From Nemertoderma westbladi (Eukaryota > Animalia > Xenacoelomorpha), in the NCBI GenBank assembly GCA_032718475.1, contig JAUCBJ010002983.1:32594-96593 (forward strand): a stretch of DNA of 64,000 nt. The letters run 5' to 3'. How positions within the stretch are numbered: the first letter of the stretch is position 1; each line of letters opens with the position of its first letter. Below the pieces are notes generated by a model that searched no databases, was not told the DNA's origin, and was given only the letters and a program-made list of their open reading frames with translations. A program made the translations under genes and the position numbers. Below are positions 1 through 10,204 of this stretch, piece by piece.

Positions 1-694
1 GGTTGATATTACTACACATGATCAGCGGTTATTTAATTACTGTGCGTATTTACGACAAAATAATAGTTTTGTTTCATTCCCCAACATTATTACACAACCG
101 GTCGCATCTCATTATTCACAACAAAATTCCCAAAATTGAAGTATTTCAGCTAGGCTGCTGCTGTATTATATATTATATTAGCCTATCAACTGCGCTTGGC
201 AACATGTTGCTGTGTTATAGATGACGTGAAATGCACAAGTTCCTAAAACGGCCTATTTTTTGATGTTGATAATTTTGCGTTTTAAAATCGCTATAACTCA
301 GCCAATATTAATTTTTTGAAGTAAAATTGCTCTCTGGGTTTTTTCACATGGTCTTTCACATGACATGACACCAAAGAAAACTTAAAAAAATTTTCCGAGT
401 CGCCTACCCCATTGATGAGTTCACCCATTTCTGCCGTGATCGAAAGTACTAACAATAATATTTAACGTCTTCCAAGTTCTATGTAATATTATCGTTTATT
501 GTGGCTATTGACAGTGCGACAGAAATATTATTACAAGGTATAATAGTACAACGACTGAGCCCGGGATTGAGTATTGTTATTGTAGCAAATAGTAAGGTTT
601 GTAGTGTGACACAGTGAAGTAACGAACTGAGACTGTCTCCCCAACCTGGTGCAAACCCCGGGAATTGGAAGTCCCATAGAATAAAACTAAATCT

Positions 695-1000
695 CAAGGT
701 TCGACTATTTAGGTCAGCAGTAGAACTAATACACCTATATGGGAGTCCATGTTGGGTTGGGCTCTAACTGCTGTGGACGCCAAATCTCTGGATGGCACTT
801 ATACAAGAATGCTGCGCCGGGTTCATTGTGTCAAGTACAATGAACACATCTCCCATCAGACTCTATACAACGTGTTTCTTTAGTCTCCCCTAGATTGACA
901 CTTGAACGGAACCGCTTCCTCTTTGCAGGGCATTGCTTTCGCCGTGGGGACCAGCCAGTGCACAATCTTGTCCTTTGGCGGCTTCATGGTATGAATATAA
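695..1000 (+). mobile_element. Degenerate RTE-clade LINE 3' fragment (post-RT region)
   Basis: Aligns by eye with 49150-49460 of the RTE copy later in the window (shared gggctctaactgctg, ccaaatctctggatggcac, ccgggttcattgtgtcaagtacaatg, cattgctttcgccgtg). Contains indels. Confidence 0.85.
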
Positions 1001-1574
1001 GCTTGTGACACCTTTTAAAGAAGTACATTATATAATGGGAAAAATAAGCCCATTGTCCCATATGTGACTATTTTTCAAAACTTATTGTAGCTTGTTTGTA
1101 GGTTTTTATATTCAAAACTGTGATTGCAATGTGGGCCTATCACAGCGAGAAGGGCCCGTACAGTACATCCCATTATAGTTTATTTAGCAATAAAATTCTG
1201 AAAACTATCCGACCATTAATTCTCAAAAGGCGAAGTAGGGCTCGAACGCGGTACTTAGGTTTCAATATTCAGGTTATCATCAGCCGGGTGTATGTCGGGA
1301 CAGCGTTATCATACTTTTCTATTACATTATATAGTTTTAATATTTCTGACAAATTGAGTCGCCCACGATCTTAATTATAAAACATAAATTATCTGTCAAG
1401 ACCTACCTGTCATCAATATCATGTACTGGTACAGTCTGTGCGCTTTTGTGTTAGGGTGCATATTAAAAGGTGGGTCGGTGGGGAGGAAATGTCCCTCTTT
1501 CTGCGGTTTGATTCAATTTCTTAAATCCCAATTTTGTGATACTATCGCACAATTTTTATGTGGGTCTCATAACT

Positions 1575-2230
1575 GAGCCTCGTGTTGCGCGAAGGCCTCA
1601 CGAAGGCGTACTTTAGTCACATCTTTTGATAAATATGATTGACATTGACCCATTATAGGTGATAGGCCTATGTGAAGTATACCATAATTGCTGCTGTTAT
1701 ATTTCACTTTGCAGTTTACCCCTATGTGAAGAATATCAGGTTTTCACTAAAACCACAGGTTTCAGAAAAGGCCTGATTCTAACCAAAACAATAAACGAAT
1801 AAGTATCTATACAGGTTTTAAGACAGAAATAAGCACTACTGTATAAAACACTTAATGAGATATTTGAGAAAATACAAATTTTTCATATATCAAATTACAA
1901 GTACATTTCGACCGAAAAGTGAAATTTGGTATTCTTCACATGGGCTGACCCATATGTCAAAAATTTACATTGCTGAAAAATTCAAGAATATTTGACTTCG
2001 CCAAATATTTGTCTAATTTTGTGCATTTGAGGATGCGTCCGTAACACAGACATACAGAACAATTGCTCATTCAATGCCGTATGTATGACTGATTTTGCTT
2101 TCAATGTATCAGAGTAAAGGCGACAATTCTTGCTATCAAATCAAGTCTAAAAATCTTCTTTTCTATTAGATGTAATGCAGTTTGTTAATTTTGGTAAACT
2201 ACCAGAGGAAACGCCTGCGAACTGAGGCTC
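1575..2230. mobile_element. Possible decayed DNA-transposon/foldback remnant
   Basis: Imperfect inverted repeat CCCTATGTGAAGAATATCAGGTTTTCACT (~1719-1748) vs AGTGAAATTTGGTATTCTTCACATGGG (~1918-1944), plus a weaker outer pair GAGCCTC (~1575) / GAGGCTC (~2224). No TSD identified. Confidence 0.3.
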
Positions 2231-2551
2231 TCACGCTGGAATTGACCCTCTATTAAGAATCCACTGTTGAGTTGTTACGTGATATGATATCATATAAAGT
2301 TGTAATGTGTTGTACTATAATTTAACAACTTGCATGTCGTTGTGATGGTTTGAGAGTGACAGATTCATTATGAAATTGCACTTGTTTAATATTCACAAAC
2401 ATTGAAAACAAAATGACAACATTTTATGCATTGTTATTACCATTAGTCTATAAAAAATATAGTACGTTACTGTGGAAGCTGAGCTCAGTATGCTGTTCTG
2501 TACAGCAGTATGAATCCTCAGAGACACTTCTGTAGTATGTACATCCCGAGG

Positions 2552-2686
2552 TTAGTAAAAGTATATCTTTACTTTATTGATGTCTTTGTCTGAGCATTCC
2601 CGTAGTCTATTGTAGTAGTAGAAGTTGCCATCTCTCTTCTGCAGTTTCTTTATGTAGCCGCTATCAGGCCAACGAACGACTTCAGG
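2552..2686 (-). CDS. MEIG1: MEIG1-like protein, coding exon 2 (terminal)
   Basis: Acceptor TTTTCCTAG precedes 2686. Translates PEVVRWPDSGYIKKLQKRDGNFYYYNRLRECSDKDINKVKIYFY*, matching the MEIG1 C-terminus ([27 protein letters not shown]..KVKIY). Phase 0, compatible with exon 1. Too short to appear in the ORF track. Confidence 0.93.
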   Translation of the reverse strand, partial: PEVVRWPDSGYIKKLQKRDGNFYYYNRLRECSDKDINKVKIYFY

Positions 2687-2809
2687 CTAGGAAAATTTTT
2701 AACTGTATTAGTTTCAGTTTCAAAATCAAATATCCAGAAACAATAAGATTTGCTCTACGGTATGTAAGCTTTTACTAAGTACAATATAGGGAGGGTAGAT
2801 AGCAATATT

Positions 2810-3585
2810 AACTGAGTACGCTGTAGATATGAATATTAACTCGAAACCTCACATGAAACAAATTCTAAAGAAAATGTCAAAATCCTGCTGGAATATTCTT
2901 TAAGCTACGCTATATCTTCCCATACACATTCTTCGTCAGTTATACGTTATCCCTATCTAACATACCGTATTTACTCGAATAAGAGACCCCCCCCCCCCCC
3001 TTCCTCGAATTAACGCCCCGTTACCATCAAATTAGCAACTTAAACGCCTTCCCCGAATAAACGCCCCGGCGCTTATATACATAGTATTACAATGTTGGGC
3101 GTTAACATTGTTGAAAGTTAACTGATTGTTAATACTGAAGGTAACTGTAGTAGGGTGTTGTACCGCTGTAATAGGCTGCAGTGTAATAAAGATAATCCTG
3201 GTTTTATTTGAAATATTTCATTTCTTTACTTTGTTTTCATGAATTTAACAACATTCTACATTAGATTAAAAATTCTGAAAATCTAGAAACGCCCCCACTC
3301 GAACCACACAATTTGTAACTTATACGCCGTCAACGAATAAACGCCTCCCTCGAATAAACGCCTCCCCAATTGGCAATTTATAAACTTAAACGCCCTGGCT
3401 CTTATTCGAGTAAATACGGTATGGCATTACTCTGGGCCAGTGCTCAAACCATCATACTAAAACCACTTCGTACACAAATCAATAAAATAATTAAGTGTAT
3501 AACTCTTAGCCACTATAGAGCCTCTTCTGCTCCAATATATAAATCGCTTAATTTACTCAATTTAGACGCACTGTATCAATAGAAC
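2810..3585 (+). mobile_element. Degenerate LINE (L2/CR1-group) post-RT fragment, split by a MITE
   Basis: Removing the MITE at 2965-3419 and one TA rejoins YPYLT-YGITLWASAQ...KIIKCIT...SSAPIYKSLNLLNL, typical C-terminal L2/Crack/Daphne-like ORF2 sequence. Upstream AGIFFKLRY-like motif. Lies in the MEIG1 intron. Confidence 0.65.
2965..3419. mobile_element. Tc1/mariner-type MITE (455 bp)
   Basis: Perfect 21-bp TIR CCGTATTTACTCGAATAAGAG / CTCTTATTCGAGTAAATACGG, flanked by TA on both sides (2963-64, 3420-21). Several internal CGAATAAACGCC subterminal repeats. Confidence 0.9.
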
Positions 3586-3589
3586 CGGA

Positions 3590-4791
3590 TGCTGAAAGGG
3601 GAAAAGCCAACACCAATTTGGACTAAAGGTCAACTAAAGCCTCTCCGTAGGAAAGGAGACCTCGGTATACCAACAAACTATCGTGGGATCTGTCTGCTTG
3701 TGGTAGCAGCCAAAATATACAACAAAATGGTTCTATATACTGTATAATTATTCCTCACATAAAGAAACCGCTGCGTAAGAGCCAAAACGGATTTCGACCA
3801 AATAGATGAACAATAGCATTGTGCACATACTTGCACTATGCTCCACTCAAGCAACACTGCAACTGCACAGTCTTGCAGTCACAATCTTGCGGTTAGTTAC
3901 ACACTGCAAGATTACTGTTTGTAATTGTACTGGATTACGCAATGAGGACGGCCACAAAGGGTGAAGATCTGGGATTCACACTACAAGAACACCGAAGTAG
4001 TAGATATCCGGCAACTACAGTTACAAAGACCGACCGACTTTGCGAATAACATCGCCCTGCTCTCTAATATGCTTGCAGATGCGCTTCTACTGAATAAAGT
4101 AGAGAGGTCTGCTAAGGAGGTTGATTTGCATATAAATGCTACCAAGACCGAATCCATGACTTTTAATAAAGTAAATAGAAACTTGAAAACAATAGATAGT
4201 AATCAACTAAGGAAGACGACTTGACGACTTCCAGTACAGTACCTTGGATCATGGATAAAGAGTAGCAAAAAAGACAGAAGTTAGGAAAGCAAAGGCTTGG
4301 GTAGCTCTAACAAAAATGGATACCATCTGGAAATCAGATCTCTCCAGGCACTTGAAGACTAAGTTCTTTCGAGCCACAGTGGAAAGTGTACTTTATACGG
4401 GGGTGAGACCTGGACACTGACGAAATCACTTGAACATCAAATTGATGGTTGCTACACAAGACTATTAAGGGTAGCCCAAAACATCAGCTCGAGACAACAC
4501 ATGACCAACGCCGAGCTCTATGGTACTATACCACCTGTATCAACCACCCTCCGTGAACGCAGATTAAGATTCAGTGGGCACTGCTGGCGAAGTAAAGACG
4601 AGGTCATACCAGATATACTTTTCTGGCAACCAACACATGGAAAGCCTACCCGTGGACGACCGGCTATTACATATATAGACCAGCTTGAAAGGGATACTGA
4701 ACTTGAGAGAAACGAAATGGCGACAACTTTGGAGAATCAGGAAGCCTGGAGGGATCTCATTTCCACTATCCGAGATCGCCCGGTAGTAGTA
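3590..4791 (+). mobile_element. Degenerate RTE-clade LINE, 5'-truncated
   Basis: Frameshifted RT motifs (KGDLG..TNYRGI, QNGFR, TDFANNIALL for DFADDIALL), ERRLRFSGHCWR..ILFWQPTHG..RGRP C-terminus (ORF 4501-4854) and a short GTAGTAGTA tail at ~4783-4791. In the MEIG1 intron, antisense to the gene. Confidence 0.85.
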
Positions 4792-5331
4792 TCAATTAAA
4801 AAGTGGTATCTTAAACATGGGCGAACTATCGCGGCAGCATCAGTTTATCCTTGACATGACATGACATGATGATTGATTATCCTGACATGATAAAATGATG
4901 CGAAATGGCAATAAAATGATTTCATAGAATTAGACCTCATATAGTGAAACTGCGTAAGAAGCAACATGAATTTCGACCTGTATGTCGTCGAAGCAGAGGA
5001 CCTGCCATACTTATACTGCGTACTGCAAGCGCATACTGTACAGTATATACACATCAGAGTCCATATATCCAATCATTGATCATATCACTACATAACATTA
5101 AAATACATACATATACAAATTAATACAAATTAATTATATATCATATTATAACATTAATCATTGATCAATCATCAAACATTGCAAACGGTAGATCTGTGCG
5201 GATGCGGACATTGCGGGCGGAGAAATGCAAGGACAAACATTTTAAACGGACTCCCCTTACGTATATACGGCAAATTGTATGTATAATGTGTGTTAAATAT
5301 AAATGACAGCTTGCGCTGCGAGTTATCTAAC

Positions 5332-5712
5332 CTTCTTTATACTGTTGTGGACTATGTAATCCACTTCATCTCTGTATCCAGCCATTTGGAATCTGTAATT
5401 TTCTTCGACTTTATCGTCCCATCGTCTGGGGCGCTGCATAGATTGGGGCCTTAACGTCGAATAATCCACAGAATCCTCGTCCGCTCCGGACGGGAAGTTA
5501 ATAATCTCGCGTCTCGAGGCGTTCTGTTTCGAAGTTATTTTAGTTCCGTTTACGAAGTTTAGCTGGGGTCTCGGCCGTGTGACAATTCCGTGTTTACTTG
5601 TGTTTCTATTGTGTCCGGAACCCCTAGCTTGTACGTTAACCACTTTATAGGTCGATGGATAGGATGTCATAGCAGGAAACGGTTGACGCCGGGCGGCCTC
5701 GGGGGTAGACAT
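5332..5712 (-). CDS. MEIG1: MEIG1-like protein, coding exon 1
   Basis: The ORF end RPQSMQRPRRWDDKVEENYRFQMAGYRDEVDY matches the MEIG1 motif (KPKS..[22 protein letters not shown].EY). Donor AAG|GTTAG at 5332/5331. Spliced product is 171 aa if the ATG at 5712 is used; the true start is uncertain. Confidence 0.88.
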
Positions 5713-5926
5713 TCAATGATTAATTCGGAAATAGTTACGATTACATGCAATGCTCATTGATAACAACAATAAGAACTGGAATTTGATTAAAATAATTCAA
5801 AATCAATTAATTTAATTGCTACATTATCTTGAATATATTGTACCGGTATATGATATGTAAAACTGTAACGAGCCGCTCATAAAGCTGGTAAGTCAATATT
5901 AGTAATGTTGGTTATTTGTGTTGGGT

Positions 5927-5939
5927 GTTGCTAAGTAAC
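5927..5939. promoter_or_regulatory. RFX X-box motif
   Basis: GTTGCTAAGTAAC fits the RYYNYY-N(1-3)-RRNRAC consensus, about 215 bp upstream of the MEIG1 ATG. MEIG1 is a cilia/flagella-associated gene. Confidence 0.65.
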
Positions 5940-5951
5940 GGATATCAAACT

Positions 5952-5967
5952 TGGCGGCAATTTTGAA
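5952..5967 (+). promoter_or_regulatory. CDE/CHR (E2F-DREAM/MuvB) tandem element
   Basis: TGGCGG-caat-TTTGAA: a CDE and a canonical CHR separated by the typical 4-nt spacer, reading toward TUBGCP5. Confidence 0.55.
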
Positions 5968-6998
5968 TAGTTTCCCATTATTGGACAAACTTCAGAACTT
6001 CCATACAGTTAGTACTGCAGTACTGTACAGCTGTACTGCTGTACTGCAATACAGCAATACTGCTGTACTGGCAGACTGGATTGGACAAACTTCCATATCT
6101 GCCTATTACAGTATTACCACTTGCCAGTCAGCTCGTACAGCAGTACCATTCCTTCAATCCCTCCCCTCCCCTCCCCCTGCAGCCCTGACCCCCCTCCTTC
6201 AAATTTAACATTTTTTGCCAGTTCCTGTCTGCTATCTGTTAGTACCGCAACCGCAACTTGGCTACCGGCAGACCGGTACGCGGTACGGTACGGCAGTACG
6301 GTACTATCAGATTACGGTATTAGGCCTACTGTATTATCTTATTATTACAGTATTATTCATTAATAATGATTCCAGGATTTTAATCTTATTAGACTGTTAG
6401 ATTACTGGATTATAGAATAGAGAGTCGAATAATCTGATAATGATTTAGCGTTTACTGGTTTAGGCAGGGTTACTACACCCTACAAGACTGCAAGACCAGT
6501 CTGCCAGTTAGCCAGTTCATAGTCCTGTAGTCAGAAGTCAGATAGACTGATAGAGCCCTGGAGCCCTAGAAGAATTGACCTTCCGATCCGATTGCCATCT
6601 GCTATCAGATTAAAACAAATGTCAGATGAAATTGATAAGGCGTTTTTAAGTAGTGTTGAAGACTAGCCTATCAGTCGGAAATTCATAAAATACAAAATTT
6701 TACAGTAGGCCTACCGGTTACCAGTCAGCCAGTTACCGTTTGCCGTTACCGGCACCGGTACAGTATTTTTGCGAAAGATTTTTAATTGTTTTTGATAATC
6801 TGATAGTATTGGTATTGGCTGATTGGCCTATCCCTAAATCTGTAGTACTGTAAATGGCTAATTTATGTAACATCCAACATTGACTTGCATTTATATTCAC
6901 TACAATAACGCTATTATCCCAGACAGCCAGAGGGCCAGAGCAGAATAACTTACCTGCTCACCTGAAAAAATCTACTTTCATATCTTTTGTAAAGGAAA

Positions 6999-9815
6999 AT
7001 GGCAGATTCTACTTGGAACCAAATGCGAAATAAAGAGGCGAACAAACTCCTAGGAGAATTAGTTTGCCGATTAGCGAAACTCGATGTTGGTAGTCAGCGT
7101 TACACGGAGGTCTACGAATCGGTCACAGCCTGTCGGAAGTTCCACTCCTATATGTCGGTAGACCCGGGTAAAGTCAACGCGAGTATCGATGGAGTCGTCG
7201 ATAAACTCTTCGTCCATGGTCTGGGGGAGCGGTCGAGGTGTTTGCGAAACCTCGTCGACTCCTTCCTCCACTCCTACTCGCTGCGATCTGCAACTCAGAC
7301 ATCCGTTCTAGAATCAGAGGTGCCCCACGCCGTATTAAGTTTTCTTCTGCGTCTATCGGGACAGCCGACCGTTCCCACGTTTCCTGACTATCCATTAACA
7401 AGGAACCTCGATGTTCCATCAGAGTCTGATGATATCGACTGGGGTCGGTACCTCCTGGACGGAGAGGATTGGTACGCAGGTTCGTCGTCCTCTGAATCCT
7501 CCGACTCGGATGAGTTTACCGACGATCGCATGGAAACCATTCCACAACGCGCGCAAATATTCCCAGTTGAAGATCCTAACGAGGTAACTATCGAAACTGA
7601 AAGTAAACAGGATGTTAGTAGCTTATATAGCGAGTTGGATAAAGTAAATAAAGAACTCGACGGACTTATAATCCGCCCTTATTGGAAGGATATCGGTTGT
7701 TATAGCAACCGGGAGTCGGTTGTTCCCTGGCTGCTTCCCGTCGGAAGTCCCGTAGAGAATCTCGTCACCGAGACTCAGATTGTTTCAGAGACTCTTTGGC
7801 TCCTCCAGGGACAGGCGTCGCTCTGTTGCTACGCGACCAGCGACTCCGGGGACCACGTGGTCCCGACCCCGGGACTCGTCGTGTCCCATTTAACCCGGGA
7901 GTCCCTCGCCGACCGTCTGGGATACTTCGCGGGTTACGGGACCGCATTGCAGCGAATAGGCGTGTTCGTTAACCAATCCCTAACGGGGGAATGTTCTAGA
8001 ACGTATCAGGCGTTCGCAGCCGCTGTTAGCGGCGTCCTCCGTAGGAATAAACGGGAGATACATAAAGTAGAAGAACTTATTTGTATCGAGGGAAATAAAC
8101 CTACTTTATTATCTCTAAAGGAGAGTTTAGCTGACTGTTTAGACCGGCTGGATTTATTGCAACGGATTTATATTGAAGGGATTGCGAATAATACATTGAG
8201 CGACAACGTGTGTCGGTCTAACAACCTCCTACGGGTGCTGCACTCCCATCTGGTCGTCGAGGACTCTCTCGGTCGCCGCCACTCCCGGCAGTACCTCCTC
8301 CTGCTGTCCCTCCTTGTCGCCACCCTCCGTCCGTATCTCGAGATCCTCGACGGCTGGGTGTCCGACGGGCGGCTGGTCGACCGCCACCGGGAGTTCCCGG
8401 TGGCGAGGCGACCGGAAGTCGGTTGCAAGTCCCCGGGGTTCTGGGATCGCGGCTACCAAGTCTACGCGAGGACTTCCGGCGGCCGGAAGGAGCGCGCGGA
8501 AGGCGGTTTACTTGTCCCGGAGTTCCTACTTCCGGTCGTTGATAACATGCTGATTGCGGGGAAGAGTAGCGAGTTGTTTAACGTCGTCTGGTTGGAGGGG
8601 TCCGGGGGGGAGGCGAGGGGGGCGGTCGGTAGGGGGCTGCACGGGAAGTTCGTAACGTCATTACGGGAAGTGTTAGGACTGACGTCACTACTGGAGGAAC
8701 TGGAGGTGGCGTCATTACCGGAGGAACCGCTGGGAGGAGTCGAGGGGCGGACGGAAGGGGATCGATTGATGGAGATACATTTCGCGTTGCTAAGTAACCC
8801 GGGGACGACGCATCTGATCCGTGATGACGTCATTGATGTAGGTTTATGTGACGTCACTAAGTATAATCATTACACCGCGTCCCAAGTGTTCCGACACTGT
8901 CTGTACCCGCACGTATGGTCGTTGTACGACGCCTCCTCACGGCGGTTACTGTCCGCACTGTCCGACAGCTACGCGTTGTCGGACCATCTCCGTTTCGTAC
9001 ACTCGATTTACTTTCTGTCCGACGGGTTGTCCGACTTCCTGACCGACTTGTTCGACAAGCTGCTGCGCGACCGACAGGGCTGGCGGGACGTCGCCTATCT
9101 GAACGGTCTGCTGTCGGACTGTCTGTCGGAGCGGCACTGCAGACGGATGGTGGACCTGACGTACGTGAGCGTGGAGGAGCAACTCGATACAGACGAGGAG
9201 TTGGCCGCAATGAAGATTCATTATCTACCGCCGTGGCCCGTTTCTTTGCTTATAAACGCCGAAACTGAAAGTAAATATCAGGTTATATTTACCGAAATAC
9301 TTCAACTAAAATTGGCTAAATACAGTCTGGAGTCGTTGAGTTTCGGCGACCTCGTGGTCTCCAGGCGGGGTATCCGTGGCAACGTGGTCCACAGGGTTTT
9401 GGTACTCAGAGTTCGTCTGCTGCATTTTATCAATAGTTACCATAGTTACTTGTTATCTAGGATATATTACGGGGAGTGCTCGCGGTTGCTAGGAGACATG
9501 GAGGCGGTGAGCGATGTAGACCAGTTGCTAGGGTTACATTGGGAGTGTCTGCGGGTAGTCGGGGAGTTCGCTCTGCTCCCCAAGGCGGTTGAGCCAGTCC
9601 ATCGAGCCATCCTGAAGCTCGAGCGACTGGCAATGAGCCTCGCTCGGCGATGGAGGATGGGTCCCTCTGCGTTTACCTACGACCTCATGTCGCAGCTCGA
9701 GGACCGTTTCGATAAACTATACGAGTTCCTTTGCTTGTTTCTCAGTCGGGCTGTTCGTAAAGGTAGTTTACCTCACCTAGAAGGTCTAGCAGTTCTCCTA
9801 ACGACGGATCGTTAA
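6999..9815 (+). CDS. TUBGCP5: Gamma-tubulin complex component 5 (GCP5), single coding exon, 938 aa
   Basis: GCP5-specific motifs: FH..(V)D..KV..SIDG..DK..VH, HAVLSFLLRLS, DDIDWGRYL, TETQIVSETLWLL, RTYQAF, RPYLEILDGW...G.L.D...EF, PWPV, C-terminal GSLPHLEGLA. Uninterrupted ORF with AAAATGG start context. Confidence 0.92.
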   Translation: MADSTWNQMRNKEANKLLGELVCRLAKLDVGSQRYTEVYESVTACRKFHSYMSVDPGKVNASIDGVVDKLFVHGLGERSRCLRNLVDSFLHSYSLRSATQTSVLESEVPHAVLSFLLRLSGQPTVPTFPDYPLTRNLDVPSESDDIDWGRYLLDGEDWYAGSSSSESSDSDEFTDDRMETIPQRAQIFPVEDPNEVTIETESKQDVSSLYSELDKVNKELDGLIIRPYWKDIGCYSNRESVVPWLLPVGSPVENLVTETQIVSETLWLLQGQASLCCYATSDSGDHVVPTPGLVVSHLTRESLADRLGYFAGYGTALQRIGVFVNQSLTGECSRTYQAFAAAVSGVLRRNKREIHKVEELICIEGNKPTLLSLKESLADCLDRLDLLQRIYIEGIANNTLSDNVCRSNNLLRVLHSHLVVEDSLGRRHSRQYLLLLSLLVATLRPYLEILDGWVSDGRLVDRHREFPVARRPEVGCKSPGFWDRGYQVYARTSGGRKERAEGGLLVPEFLLPVVDNMLIAGKSSELFNVVWLEGSGGEARGAVGRGLHGKFVTSLREVLGLTSLLEELEVASLPEEPLGGVEGRTEGDRLMEIHFALLSNPGTTHLIRDDVIDVGLCDVTKYNHYTASQVFRHCLYPHVWSLYDASSRRLLSALSDSYALSDHLRFVHSIYFLSDGLSDFLTDLFDKLLRDRQGWRDVAYLNGLLSDCLSERHCRRMVDLTYVSVEEQLDTDEELAAMKIHYLPPWPVSLLINAETESKYQVIFTEILQLKLAKYSLESLSFGDLVVSRRGIRGNVVHRVLVLRVRLLHFINSYHSYLLSRIYYGECSRLLGDMEAVSDVDQLLGLHWECLRVVGEFALLPKAVEPVHRAILKLERLAMSLARRWRMGPSAFTYDLMSQLEDRFDKLYEFLCLFLSRAVRKGSLPHLEGLAVLLTTDR

Positions 9816-10204
9816 ACCTGCGGACACACAGTCACACAGATATATTTTACTACTTATTTTTGCATGTAATGTATATATTAATGTAATAATGTAAATTCTA
9901 CGTTAATGTAAGACACTCTATACAAAATTCTAGAATTTTGAATAAGAAGAGTGTGACTAAATTTTCAGAGTAAATTTCTAGGTTTAATTTTGTTTTAATT
10001 ACTAGCTATTTCTTATAGTCCTATACCGCTGTGGTTCTGATTTTAACATAAAAAAAACAAACCTAATAATTTTAATTAATTTATTCTAATTAATATTGCT
10101 ATTTGGCTTTTTGATAATAAGAAATATCAAGTGAAATCTATTGAAATAAAGTCAGAACTGAATACTGGAATATCAATTATTAAGGGAATTGTTTTGAGAG
10201 AACC

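Noticed and set aside
3-1374. Small ORFs at 3-224, 479-697 and 1120-1374
   Set aside because: No recognisable domains, AT-rich, non-ATG starts; probably decayed repeats or intergenic DNA.
5951-6400. Short ORFs between MEIG1 and TUBGCP5
   Set aside because: Low-complexity CAGTAC/TACCG-rich promoter or UTR-intron sequence with no coding signature.
7071-9268. Short overlapping and antisense ORFs within TUBGCP5 (and similarly within SDR39U1)
   Set aside because: Shadow ORFs expected in GC-rich coding DNA; no recognisable motifs.
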